A stretch of DNA of 64,000 nt from Eledone cirrhosa. Lineage: Eukaryota. The translations under genes were made by a program, and so were the position numbers. Within the stretch, counting starts at the first letter, position 1, and each line of letters opens with the position of its first letter. The notes under the pieces are model-generated. The model was not told the DNA's origin. It worked only from the letters and a program-made list of their open reading frames with translations, and ran no database searches. The stretch lies in the NCBI GenBank assembly GCA_964016885.1, contig OZ024747.1:63302001-63366000 (forward strand), in the 5' to 3' direction. Positions 24,880 through 36,611 of the stretch are shown here, one piece after another.

Positions 24880-25350
24880 GTTCTTCCTCTATCTCCCCGC
24901 CCCATCACTGTCTTGAATCCCCCTCACCTCTCCTCCTGCCTTCCTCTCCACTTTCCTCACATCTTCCCCTGTGTGCCTCACTCCTTCCTGTCCCCCTACC
25001 CCTCTTTCCCCCCACTTCCTCGAACTACTTCCACTTCCCCCACATCTTCTGTCTCCCCACACTTTCCTCACTTAATCCCAAACTTCTTTGTCTCCCTCCT
25101 TCTTCTGTCTAGCCTCATGTCATTGTCTACCCCTTCTCCATTGTGTACTCCCCTCTCTCTTCCTACTTCTTGTATTCTTCTCCCCATTTTCCTAACTCCT
25201 CCCACTTCCTGTATTCCCCTCTACTCTCCTGTCCCCTCCTATTTTCCTGTTTCCTTCCTCTTTCCTGTCTCCTGTCACTTCCTTCATATGGCTCCTCTAT
25301 ATCTACCACTCCTTATCTATGCTTCCCTTTCTGTAAACCCCTCCTTTATA
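24880..25350. repeat. Pyrimidine-rich low-complexity tract
   Basis: About 470 bp dominated by C/T on the + strand. Confidence 0.85.
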
Positions 25351-25704
25351 TATTTAAATATTTATTTACAATTACTTAATATTAACAGCTTCTCAGGTAA
25401 CTATTTACCTCCAATTAGGGGGAACTCCTCCTACTTTCATAGTTAAACACCTATCAATTCTACTTAATGAAAGTCAAAATATTATTCAGCAATGATTTCT
25501 AATTTCTTCCTACAATGTCTAAAATATGTTGGGTAGGGCAAGTTGGTTATATTAACCTAGTATTTTACTGGTTCTTTATTTTATCAAACCCTGAAGAATG
25601 AAAGGCAAAGTTGCCCTTGGTGTAATTTGAAATAAGAATGTATAGGGCTGTAACTAAATACCACAAAATATTTTGCGTAATGCTCTAATGATTCTTCCAG
25701 CCTT

Positions 25705-26310
25705 TATAGGAACAAATAATATTAGATTTTGACATAGAAAATGTATTTATTTTATTAATTGAGAAGAAAGAATGGAATGTAAAATAAGAAAATATAAAAG
25801 AAAAAAACGAAAAGGAAAGGAAAGGCAGGAGTTCTAATGTCGCAGAAGAATGGGGAGAGGGAGGGTGATTGGTCTCTGCACCCCACAGACAGGACCACAA
25901 AAGCATTCCTGCAGACAACAGCCAGAGACACCCACTTCAACAGCCATCCCACCTCATGGAGCTCCTTCATCAGATGGTCCACTGACGTTCCAATGTTGTG
26001 GAGAATTTTGGTAGTACAGGGTCCAAGTATGCCTGAGGTCTTGATGGCAGCCAGTGCTGATGGGAAAGTGGCCGGAAAATCCCCGGTATTTGTTTATTTT
26101 CCTTTCCTCACAATAGCGTGCTGCAATATTGGGGTTTGTGGCTGAAGTGAGTAAGTTGGAGGTGGAAAACCTGTTACAACATGTGGTGGCCCAGATCAGA
26201 GATCTACTTCCTTTAAACGGGAAGAGGGTGATTCCATCAGGGTGCTTGCTGTGTCTGTGGTCAAGGCCTGCAGGATGCTCTTTGATGGATGAAAGTGCCA
26301 GATTCAAGAG
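25705..26310 (-). mobile_element. 3' end of a CRE-like non-LTR retrotransposon (restriction-like endonuclease domain plus 3'UTR), frameshifted
   Basis: PAGLDHRHSKHPDGITLFPFKGSRSLIWATTC...AARYCEERKINKY resembles the R/HPDG..WD.T REL motif; ends VSLAVVCRNAF; the 3'UTR recurs at 50695-50860. Confidence 0.7.
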
Positions 26311-26544
26311 ACAAACAGTGTTTCATTCTTTTATTAGTATAAAAGATAGATAAAATAAACATCAGACATTGAAAAATAAGTATTTAGAGTCAATACAATT
26401 AACTACATCCTTTCAATATAGAGCACATCATGGCTGCAATCTAGTTACTGAAACCAGCAAACGAATAACAGAATTCACATTGTGTGTTTTATTTTGAAAT
26501 CTGGTGATTATAATTTTACCCCTTTCTAGGGAAGATACATGCCA

Positions 26545-26800
26545 TGTTAGGTAGGGTGCTGAACTCAGGTTTGTATGGCCATGAGTTTGATTTCTGGATT
26601 GAGCAGTAAATTTTATCCTTGAACAAAACACTTTATTTCATATTGCTTCAGTCCATTCAGCTAGCAAAAATGAGTTGTACCAGGAGTTCAAGAGTGTTAT
26701 GTGTTATGATGCTGAATCTCCCTGAGAACGATATTAATTGTGCACTCATCTGTAGATTACTCACACTCTTACACAGTGATTTCATGAACAGGCAGTTCCA
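26545..26800 (+). mobile_element. Degenerate SINE family B
   Basis: TCCTTGAACAAAACACTTTATTTCATATTGCTTCAGT matches 62192-62227. Confidence 0.65.
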
Positions 26801-27058
26801 ATGACAACACTTTCTAGCTGCTAAAGAAAAGTTAAACAACAAAACAATCAACAAAATCACAGTTTAATAAAAATGTTTAAAATATTTTTATTATCATATA
26901 AGAAATATATATATATATACATATTTTATTTAGGTGTGTAATAACAGTTACAGGGGCATGTCATTCGAAGCACTCAATGCTTTCATGATGTCTATTTCGT
27001 TTGGGTTGTATTCCAATGTTTCAATCTCTTTTTCTCCCTCTTTATATATATATATATA

Positions 27059-27704
27059 CGGCTTAATTCGGGCTATTTGTTTACAAACAAACCAAACATT
27101 ATAATAAATGTTCAGTAAACTCATACATACATATATATATGTGTGCATGTATGTATAAATATACATACTACTGTACGTCTGTATAGATATATGTATGTAC
27201 GTATACATACTTCTATTTAAGTAACAGCCGTACTAAGAGTGAGAAATGAAATTTCGTTTCATTCTTTTCCATTTATTGTTTTCGCTACGCCTGGCTGACT
27301 AACTCACTCGATATGCAAATTAGGCTGCTCAGCTGTTAATATGCATAAGGAAAGTATATACTTTCAAACGTTCAATCATCTGACAGGAAGGTATACAATG
27401 CTGACGATAGCTAATAAGCTTGAAACTAGTTTATCGTTCCTTTGTCAGTGTTGAACAAAAGGGCAACGATGGTTGCCGAACACTGTGCGGCTTAATTCGG
27501 GCTGTTTGTTTACAAACAAACCAAACATTATAATAAATGATCGGTAAACCCATATGTACATATATATATGTGTGCATGTATGTATATATATATACATACT
27601 ACTGTACGTCTGTATACATATATGTATGTACGTATACATACTTATATTTAAGTATCAGCTGTACTAAGAGTGAGAAATGAAATTTCGTTTCATTCTTTTC
27701 CATT

Positions 27705-27707
<3 letters not shown>
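27059..27707 (+). mobile_element. 1.5-unit direct tandem (period 429 bp) between (TA)n tracts; retrozyme or Penelope pLTR-like
   Basis: 27059-27276 is repeated at 27488-27707; hammerhead motif in the unique middle. Confidence 0.7.
27395..27437 (+). ncRNA. Type I minimal hammerhead motif (core intact, stem I weakened)
   Basis: ACAAUG-CUGACGA-U AGCU AAUA AGCU U-GAAA-CUAG-UU-UAUCGU; palindromic AACUAGUU stem III. Confidence 0.7.
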
Positions 27708-27748
<41 letters not shown>

Positions 27749-27791
27749 TATAGTTAAAAGAATAGAGGTGTAACACACAAGTTATTATATG

Positions 27792-28148
27792 TTGGTAAAC
27801 GGAATAGAAAATGCTGACAAATTGTTCACAGTGAAAAATAGTTTAATTAGGAATAAATGCGAATTAGTAATTGTATTGGTTAGTATTCAGTTTTGGTTTT
27901 AAGTTTTACCGGTTGCGCATTTCTAATGCTTTTCAAAAATAATTTTGAGATAGAGCGTCCGTGATGTTTGCTCAAACATCACGGACGCTCTATCTCAAAA
28001 TTATTTTTGAAAAGCATTTAGAAATGCGCAACCGGTAAAACTTAAAACCAAAACTGAATACTAACCAATACAATTACTAATTCGCATTTATTCCTAATTA
28101 AACTATTTTTCACTGTGAACAATTTGTCACCATTTTCTATTCCGTTTA

Positions 28149-28152
<4 letters not shown>
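27792..28152. repeat. Near-perfect palindrome (~179-bp arms, 2-nt spacer at 27971-27972) between (TA)n tracts; decayed hammerhead in each arm
   Basis: One substitution and one 1-nt indel seen between arms; TTGAAAA-GCATTT AG AAATGC-GCAA-CCGG-TA at 28007-28037. Confidence 0.9.
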
Positions 28153-28198
<46 letters not shown>

Positions 28199-29152
28199 TG
28201 TATATATATATACACAGGGTGTCCCCCAATAATGTATACTCAACAGCAAAACCAAAAAAAAATGCATGTGAACTTCTGCAGTTTCTGCCTATTATATTCC
28301 AATCACAAAGCATTGATCAACTCAATGCTACAGTAGAAGATACTTGCATAAGATCGTGTACTGTAGGACTGAACACAGAACTATGTGGTTGCTAAACAAA
28401 CTCCTTAACCACACAGCCATACCTGCACCTGTTTATTTATTGATTGATTGATTCTATTTATTAGGTATTTACAGATAAGTATAATCAAGTTAATTAATTG
28501 CTGTTTTTCTCAGAATGCTAAAGCAATTAGCTTGGTTTCGAGTAGTATTACTCAATGATGTTCATTTTGTAGGAAGGAGGTAAAGTTTAAAATGTAGATA
28601 ATATTTCTGCACATATCTATTTCCCTTTTGATTTCGTTGGTTTTTGAAATTTTTTTCCATAATTTATTTCGTCTCTTTGTCAAAGTAAATATGTTTAAAA
28701 TTTAGCCTGCAGGTTTGAAAACATTTCTCTGCTATATACCCGATTCTTGATAATAATTATATTATTGAAACATGTATAGCTATCATTTCTTGAAGAGAAG
28801 AAAAAAAATATTCTTGCATTTATGGTATTTGTTTAAGTAAAATAAATAATTCTTTGATCGTATGTTAATGTTTCTTCTTCTTTGTTTTTTTTTTTGTTTT
28901 TTTTTTTATTTATTTATTTATTTTTTTTTCGCAATAATTTTCCAGTTAATTCTGTGTAACATTTGAAGATAGCAATTTCTAGTTTTATGTAATCAAATAT
29001 TACCACATGGTATTTCATTTCATTTTTCTCTGCATGAAATTAATGGAATATTCTGGGAAGACAACACATATTTACACACAAATACATGCATACATAGTCA
29101 CATAAACATAAATACATACACACACACGCACACACATATATATATATATATA

Positions 29153-29336
29153 TAACAAAGAAAGTGTGGTAAGATACCAGGTGGACTATAACGCACCAGA
29201 GTACTCGATACTTAGGGTAGTAGAGTGAGTAATAGGAAAAAAGTCAAGACCCCTGATGGCTGAGCTCCAGCCGTTTCAGATCTAGCTGTCGAAATGGCTG
29301 GAGCTCAGCCAACGGGGTCCTGACTCTTTTCCTATA
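29153..29336. mobile_element. (TA)n-embedded element with a terminal ~100-bp hairpin (29232-29335); copies at 49013-49205 and 55860-55998
   Basis: Shared GATACCAGGTGGAC..CAGAGTACTCGATA body followed by a fold-back containing GAAA(C/T)GGCTG GAGCT CAGCC. Confidence 0.8.
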
Positions 29337-29423
29337 CATATATATATATAGTTCAAGGGGACAACTAACAGGGGCACAAAAAGTCTTATTAGTTTCACAC
29401 TTTATATTGGAAAGAGGAAAGAA

Positions 29424-29461
29424 AGTTCGATGTGTCGGGCTGAAGTCCTTCTTTAGGAGTA
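29424..29461 (-). ncRNA. Decayed Penelope-type minimal hammerhead
   Basis: Minus strand CTC-CTAAAGA-A-GGACT TC AGCCC-GACA-CATC-GAA, a few substitutions from CTGAAGAAGGGCTTCAGCCCGAAACGTC. Confidence 0.5.
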
Positions 29462-29792
29462 CAAAGAGAAACAGGATCTAAATGGGAAAACAGAAAAAAT
29501 GTCCAGTAAAGATACAAAAAAAATACGGAAATGAAGAGAAAAACAAGAAAGCCATTAGGTAGTCTTGGTAAAGAGTAGGAACGCAAAGTGGAGTGTGTGT
29601 GTATTAGTATCGTTATATGTGTGATTGTAAATGTAAGTTTAAACTGTGTGATTTTAAAGGTAAATTGTGTAAAGTAACAAAGATAGTGAGTGTATGTGTA
29701 TATCCATGTGTTAGGGGTAGTGGACATGTACATGTGAGTGAATGTAAGTTTGAATGTGTGTACTGCTTATGTGTGTTGAAGTAATTTTGTGT

Positions 29793-29836
<44 letters not shown>

Positions 29837-29946
29837 GTGATACAGTTTGAGTAGAGCTCCCATAATGGAGTAAATAACCAACTGGTAATATCCAGTTTTC
29901 TCCACAAATGGATGAGATATTCTAGCCACATTGAAACTCTTGTAGC

Positions 29947-29998
<52 letters not shown>

Positions 29999-30097
29999 AT
30001 ATACCTACTTATATATATATATATCGTGGCTGGCAATTATAGCCTATATGTCTGTCTCTACTCACTTCTGAGATTGGATTGTATACTTCCAGTTTTG

Positions 30098-30156
<59 letters not shown>

Positions 30157-30361
30157 TATGAGAGAGAGAGCCAGAGAGAAAGTGTATGATAGTTTCATGT
30201 GTTTGCATTAAAATTACAACTTTTTTTCAAGAATTTAGTTTTTGACATGTTTGTCTTTCCTCTATGTCAATAGTAGAAACCATGTACTGTGGCGGAATTT
30301 ACTAGAAAGAAGGAAGAGGAAATAATGCAAATTTGGGTAGATATTGTCAGAGAAGACACTA

Positions 30362-30790
30362 TTTAGACATAGGTCCTCCTGTGTTGAATAACACATTGAG
30401 GAGCAACTTTCTTCCAGTACACACTATCCATTTCTACTCTTTCACATCTGTTCCACATGAGATTGATGGCTTTGAAATGTCTGTTGCTAGGTGACCTTTG
30501 GTCTGCCTGTTTTCCATCTGCATCCTGGAGAGGCACAAGTAACAGCTGTTTTTAAGTATAGCTGATCAGGTAGATGGGGTATGCAGCCAGCTAATTCAAG
30601 TTGTTACTCTGTAATTATTTCTTTCAGCAGAATCTCTTCATTTGTAAGTTAGCCTCACCAGGTGACCTTCATAATCTTCCTGAGGCACTGTTGATAGAAT
30701 ATCAATTATTACATGTGAATGATTCACAAAAGATCATACCTCTTGGAACCACAAAATTTGTAAGAAGTGAAAGGATGGACAGTAGTCCTG
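30362..30790 (-). mobile_element. Degenerate RTE-clade LINE C-terminal fragment
   Basis: FYQQCLRKIMKVTW*..LTNEEIL...LAGCIPHLP...TGRPKVT*QQTF...WKKVAPQC..HRRT, with stops and frameshifts. Confidence 0.7.
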
Positions 30791-30810
30791 CAAATTTAAT
30801 GTACATAAAT

Positions 30811-31064
30811 GGAGGTGCCACGGCAAAAAAGCACCCAGCCCACACTGTAAAGTGGACGTGTAGGCGCCACGAAAAAGCACCCAGCACTCACTGTAAATGA
30901 GGTTGGTGTTAGGAAGGGCATCCAGCTGTAGAAATCAAGCCAAATCAGTACCTGTATGAGCAAGGCATGGTCAGCCGACCAGACACTGCCCACAACAGGA
31001 CAAGCCGTCTAACCCATGCTAGCATGGAAGAACGGACGTAAAACGGTGATGATGATGATGATGA
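30811..31064 (+). mobile_element. Young 5'-truncated RTE 3'UTR with (GAT)n tail
   Basis: Near-identical to the reverse complement of 53766-54020. Confidence 0.9.
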
Positions 31065-31069
31065 AATAT

Positions 31070-31220
31070 AGGCAGTAAATTGTTAAAATGCTGGATAGAA
31101 TGGTTCACAGTTGTCTTTCTGCTTCTTTGCACTCTGAGTTCAAACCTGACCAAGTTCAACGTTTTGCCTTTCATCCTTTTGAGTTGGTTAAATAAAGAAC
31201 CAAACCAGTACTGGAGTCAA
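31070..31220 (+). mobile_element. Degenerate SINE family A
   Basis: CTGAGTTCAAACC B box and TTTGCCTTTCATCCTTT core. Confidence 0.65.
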
Positions 31221-31991
31221 TATTTCCATTATATGTATATCCTCCTCCTCCTTCTTCTAAAAGAAATTGGTGGTGTTCAGACCTGGACAGGGATGGACCC
31301 CACCAGGCCCAAATGCCCAGAGTATACAGCATATCATTAAGGCATCTCTACAACTCAGTACGAATTAAGTGTCCATCGATGTCATATAATGTAAATGTAA
31401 AAGAATTTGCATTATCAATGTTTCTGATAATAATATTTATATGAATTTATTTTTAAAATTAGAAAATGCTCTCATCTGTTTTTGTGTTTATTTTATGTAT
31501 TATTTTGTAAAGTTGTATTTTTCATCTTCCTCCATTTATTGTGTCATGTGAAATAGTTCATATGTAGTTCAACTGACAAATAAATTGCAATGTATTTATA
31601 GAACTTCCTTTTTTGACACTCACGTATATCATAATATCATTTTATAAAACTAATCATGCATTTTACATAAACTTTAATTAATACTTGATACCTGAAAAAT
31701 ATATTTTAATTGCATTAAATAGCACTGACTTTTGTTGAATTAACAACCAAATATTGTGTGTGTATATATATATATATATGCATAACTATGTGCAGTTGTG
31801 CATGTGTGGTATACACACACACACACACATATATATATAGGTGTTGTATATATACATAACTATGTGCTATTGTGTATGTGTGTGTGTATGTGTGTGTATA
31901 TATATATATATCACGATAAATTAATGGAGCCATAGACTCTCGCTATTCCCTGTCAGTAGTGTGCTCAAAGCAGAAGGAATCCCGAGCTCTT

Positions 31992-32207
31992 TATAATACA
32001 ATATGTTGAAAAGATAACACACTAGAGAGAGAGATAGTGCACCATCAATCAAACAGGGAAAAACCACCATGAATTTATACTTTTAATTATTGTGTGTCTA
32101 CTCTGCCTTCCATGGGCTATAGATTCCATACACTGGTGGTTTTTCCCTGTTTGATTGATGGTGCACTATCTCTCTATCTAGTGTGTTATCTTTTCAACAT
32201 ATTGTAT

Positions 32208-32211
<4 letters not shown>
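31992..32211. repeat. Inverted repeat (78-bp arms 31992-32069 and 32134-32211, 64-bp spacer) next to (TA)n
   Basis: Arms nearly identical as reverse complements. Confidence 0.9.
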
Positions 32212-32241
<30 letters not shown>

Positions 32242-32796
32242 TGTAGAAATTCATATACCAATATTATGAACAAAAATACATCTAAGTAATATAAATGAAA
32301 ACATAATTGACCATACAATTATCTTTTAATAAAGCTCAATAAAACCTTAAATTATGAATGTAACACTGAGTGTTTAACTCTATTTTCTTGCTAAAGCATT
32401 AATTAAACTTTCAAGCTCCATGACATGGTTTATATGCATCATGGTATCTGTCTTTTCAGGAACCATGTTTTATAGCCAGGTGCTCTCCCTGCTAACAACC
32501 CCTATTTTGTCTCCTCTTATGACATGCAGGCATATGATCTACCTATACAAATGTAGATACACATGGCATTAAGTTATGAACCAAGAAAAGGAATAGAGAT
32601 AATATATAAATACACTTAATATTCATTTTATACAATCAGATGAAAATATATTTATTATTTTCTTAAAAATATCAATGTTAGGTCTTTTAAATTTGCAAAG
32701 ATCTTTCTGTTATTTCCAGAACACATAAAAGGATCTGGACATGTTAACTCTAGGCTAATAATAAGAATACTAGGAAGAACAAAGAATGTTACATAC

Positions 32797-32871
32797 TGAA
32801 TTTTGCCTTCTTTTTTTAAACAGATATACAGAATCTTGTGGCCTCCCTTGCTGAGCTCCAACACAGACTAT
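32797..32871 (-). CDS. Candidate 75-nt exon (IVCVGAQQGRPQDSVYLFKKRRQNS)
   Basis: Acceptor CCTCTTCATTTGCAG, open phase-0 frame, donor GTATGT; no homology recognised. Confidence 0.25.
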
Positions 32872-33975
32872 CTGCAAATGAAGAGGATGTGTTCTTTCTG
32901 AGACATTTTCTTCGTTCTAAGGATATCCAGCTTTTATTAAGGGTTTGTATTTAATTTTGAAACCACACACAAGTAGAATCTATTCTCTTAGTTTGATTGC
33001 TGCCTTCAAAATAACCACGCCTAACCTAAGGTGGTCACAATTCTGCTAAATCCTGCAATTTCAACAGAAATCAATACAAAATTGTCAATTTATTTAAAAC
33101 AATAAGGCAAATGTAGTGCTTTTTAAAAAACTACCAATACTAAAAGAGATGGGGAAATAATCTTTTGCTAGCTGAGACATCTTAAAACTGTACAAAATTA
33201 GAGATAAATGTAAAATTATTCTGCCAGTTGGCAAACTTATCATCATCAAATTTTGGTCCATGTTTGATTTCTTCATTTTGGTATTTATTTCAATATTTTT
33301 TCTACTTCATTTTTGTTCTTCTGTTTTGTACCGTGCGGTTATATTGTCAGTATTCAGCTAAATTGTGATCACCCTAGAGGTAAACTTTAGCAAATTTGTA
33401 TTCTAGATTTAGTATGGGGAGTCAAAATTATTGGTAAATATAACTGGAAGACAGAAGGGTTGACAAAGATAATGACAGGTTAGTGGTATTAAAACGAAAT
33501 GTTGATGTTAGCACATTAGCTATATATATATCTCCCCCAGATAATGATATATATATATATATGTGTGTATATATATGTATATATGTATCATCACCATCAC
33601 TGTTTCACGTCCATTCTTCCACGCTAGATGGGTTATATGTATATATATATATGTATATATATATATATACTTATATCTATAGACATGTATATATATATAT
33701 ATGTTTATATGTTTATATATATATATGTTTATATATGTGTGTGTATATATATATATGTGTATATTATATATACATACACATGTTTATATATATGTTTATA
33801 TATACATGTATATGTTTATGTATATATATATACACATGTTTATATATATATATATATATATAATTTTCTGAGGAAAAATTTGTAATTATGAAAAAAATGA
33901 GCCCTCGATATATAAACATAGAAGTAATTTATTTTACTTAAAATACATATGTTTAGATGCCATGTACATTTAGTA

Positions 33976-34114
<139 letters not shown>

Positions 34115-34507
34115 AGAGAAAGAGGGGGGAAGTTTAACAGCTCAAGGAAAGAGAAGTAGAGATATAGGATCGAATATATTACTACTAAAATACGGAGGAA
34201 AAAAACAATACATTTAGAATTATTAATACATATTGCTTAGCAAATAATCATCTGTTTGTCTCAGTATATCATTTTGCATTTCCATATTTTTGTCACCAAC
34301 ACTTTATTATATCTGCATATCATTTTTATTTTATCTCTGTATATATATATATATATTTTATGTTATCTATGTATGTATATTGATATTATATTTTATCTCA
34401 CTCAATATATTTTTACTTTATATCATTTTGCTTTTAAATCAGTTTAATGTGCTTGCATCCAGTAACATTTTGGTTCAGTTGCTAACATTCCACATTATTA
34501 AGACTAT

Positions 34508-34543
<36 letters not shown>

Positions 34544-35105
34544 TATAATATATATATATATATATATAAATATAATATTAAAAAAAAAAATATATATATA
34601 TATGAATATAATATATATATATATATTTATATATATGAATATAATATATATATATATATATATATATAAATATAAATATATATATTAGAAGTAACAATAA
34701 CACAGTATGGTTCAAAATAAAGGTGTATATAGACTTATATAAAGTGTGTTTCTTTATAATAGACATACATATGGTCTGTCATTTGCTGTGTTCTTCAATA
34801 AATATTGATATACTTCATAAGTTAAAATACTCAGTGGGATTATATATACGTTTATTATATATAGGTATAACCATACTATATATATGGTTCAATATATATA
34901 TATATTCACAAATATATAAATATATATGTATATATATATAGAGAGAGATAAATATACACGGGCATGTATGATTGTGTATAAAAAATTATATTAATAAAAG
35001 GAATTCCAACTTTGTCTGATTTACTCGTTTTATTTACAATCCTTTAACATTTATAATGGTTTAGAATGAAATAGTATGGTAGAATATTAAATGTTAAGTG
35101 TTAAT

Positions 35106-35144
35106 TGATCAAGTACTTTCATGCTTTCACAATCTTCAGGTTCA
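35106..35144 (-). ncRNA. Minimal hammerhead motif, left arm
   Basis: UGAAC-CUGAAGA-UUGUGAAAGCAU-GAAA-GUAC-UU-GAUCA. Confidence 0.6.
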
Positions 35145-35212
35145 TATTGTGTGGTGACAGTCAAGTTTGCAATTTTCATGAAAATTACAAACTTGACTGT
35201 CACCAGAGAATA

Positions 35213-35251
35213 TGAACCTGAAGATTGCGAAAGCATGAAAGTACTTTTTCA
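35213..35251 (+). ncRNA. Minimal hammerhead motif, right arm
   Basis: UGAAC-CUGAAGA-U UGC GAAA GCA U-GAAA-GUAC-UU-UUUCA; palindromic AAGUACUU stem III. Confidence 0.6.
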
Positions 35252-35383
35252 ATTAACACTTAACATTTAATATTCTACCATACTATTTCATTCTAATACC
35301 ATTATAAATGTTAAAGGATTGTAAATAAAACAAGTAAATCAGACAAAGTTGGAATTCCTTTTATATATATATATATATTTATA

Positions 35384-35439
<56 letters not shown>

Positions 35440-36201
35440 GATATACATATATATATAAACTCACAAATGAATTTATATTGATATACAAATTATCAATGCG
35501 ATGCACCATATCCACTCAAGGTAAATTTGGTGCTAAAATCCCCAAAACAGTGTCCACAATAATGTTATGGATACAACATTTTTAATATCTTGCAAATGAA
35601 TAACAGAATGAGGCCGAACGTTAAAAATATTACTTACATTACATTAGCAATATATAGTTCTAATACAGACCTAGACAATGTTGTCTTTGGTCTTGAGAAA
35701 ACAGAACATTTACCATAATTAAATGGGTAACTAGTAATGTAAAGAAACAAAAACTCATTTGTAGGTTATCTTATTTGATAATATATTAACTGTCCTATAT
35801 ATATATGTATGCATGTATGTATATATGTATGTATATATATATATATATATATATGCATATATGTATGTATGTATATATATATGTGTATATATATATATGT
35901 GTGTATGTATGTATATATATGTGTATGTATATATATATATATATATATATGTGCATGTATATATATATATATATATATACCTTATGTATAGAAATGACTT
36001 CTACAGGACTAGAATTGTATAATTCATATAAAATCATCAGAATATTCCTGATGATTTCATCTGACTGAAACAGTCCTAGTCTCTTAGATATCATTTTTAT
36101 ATATAATAAAGATGCCTATACTCTACCAACGTATTGAATACCTATTTTAAATGTGGTTACCCTCTGCAACACCATACATATATATATATATATATGTATA
36201 A

Positions 36202-36261
<60 letters not shown>

Positions 36262-36384
36262 GGAGGTGAGTTTTATTGTAGTACAATACAGCAATGCAGA
36301 TATCGGATAAGAAGCACTCTACAGTTTGTAGGACTGGAGTATACATAATATATAAGATCAAAAGATGGTTAAATGAGTTCCATG

Positions 36385-36455
36385 TATTTTATTATGCGCA
36401 TTTCAAAAACAAATATCATCATGCAATAACATTTGTGTTTTCATCAGATAAAATA
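36385..36455 (-). ncRNA. Type I hammerhead ribozyme motif with intact core
   Basis: Stem I UAUUUUAU/AUAAAAUA; CUGAUGA; long stem II AAAcACAAAUGUUAUU-GCAU-GAUGAUAUUUGUuUUU; GAAA; palindromic AUGCGCAU stem III; AUA site. Confidence 0.8.
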
Positions 36456-36512
36456 TGTTGATTTAAAACTGCACTATCCACAAGTGTTTTTAACCTTCAT
36501 ATCATGTCCTCC

Positions 36513-36583
36513 TATTTTATCTGATGAACACACAAATGTTATTGCATGATGATATTTGTTTTTGAAATGTGCATAATAAAATA
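36513..36583 (+). ncRNA. Type I hammerhead ribozyme motif with intact core (mirror copy)
   Basis: CUGAUGA 36521-36527, GAAA 36564-36567, predicted cut after 36575, 8-bp stem I. Confidence 0.8.
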
Positions 36584-36611
36584 CATGGAACTCATTTAAC
36601 CATCTTTTGAT

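Larger units (their letters stand above)
34994..35364. repeat. Palindrome (~185-bp arms, no spacer, centre 35178/35179) next to (TA)n, with a hammerhead motif in each arm
   Basis: Arms are reverse complements with scattered substitutions. Confidence 0.9.

Noticed and set aside
24822-25446. Pro/Ser/Leu-rich ORFs
   Set aside because: Pyrimidine-rich low complexity depletes stop codons in several frames
26955-26995. Hammerhead-like hairpin on the minus strand (ATCATGA-AAGCA..TGCTT-CGAAT)
   Set aside because: Both core boxes are altered and there is no stem I
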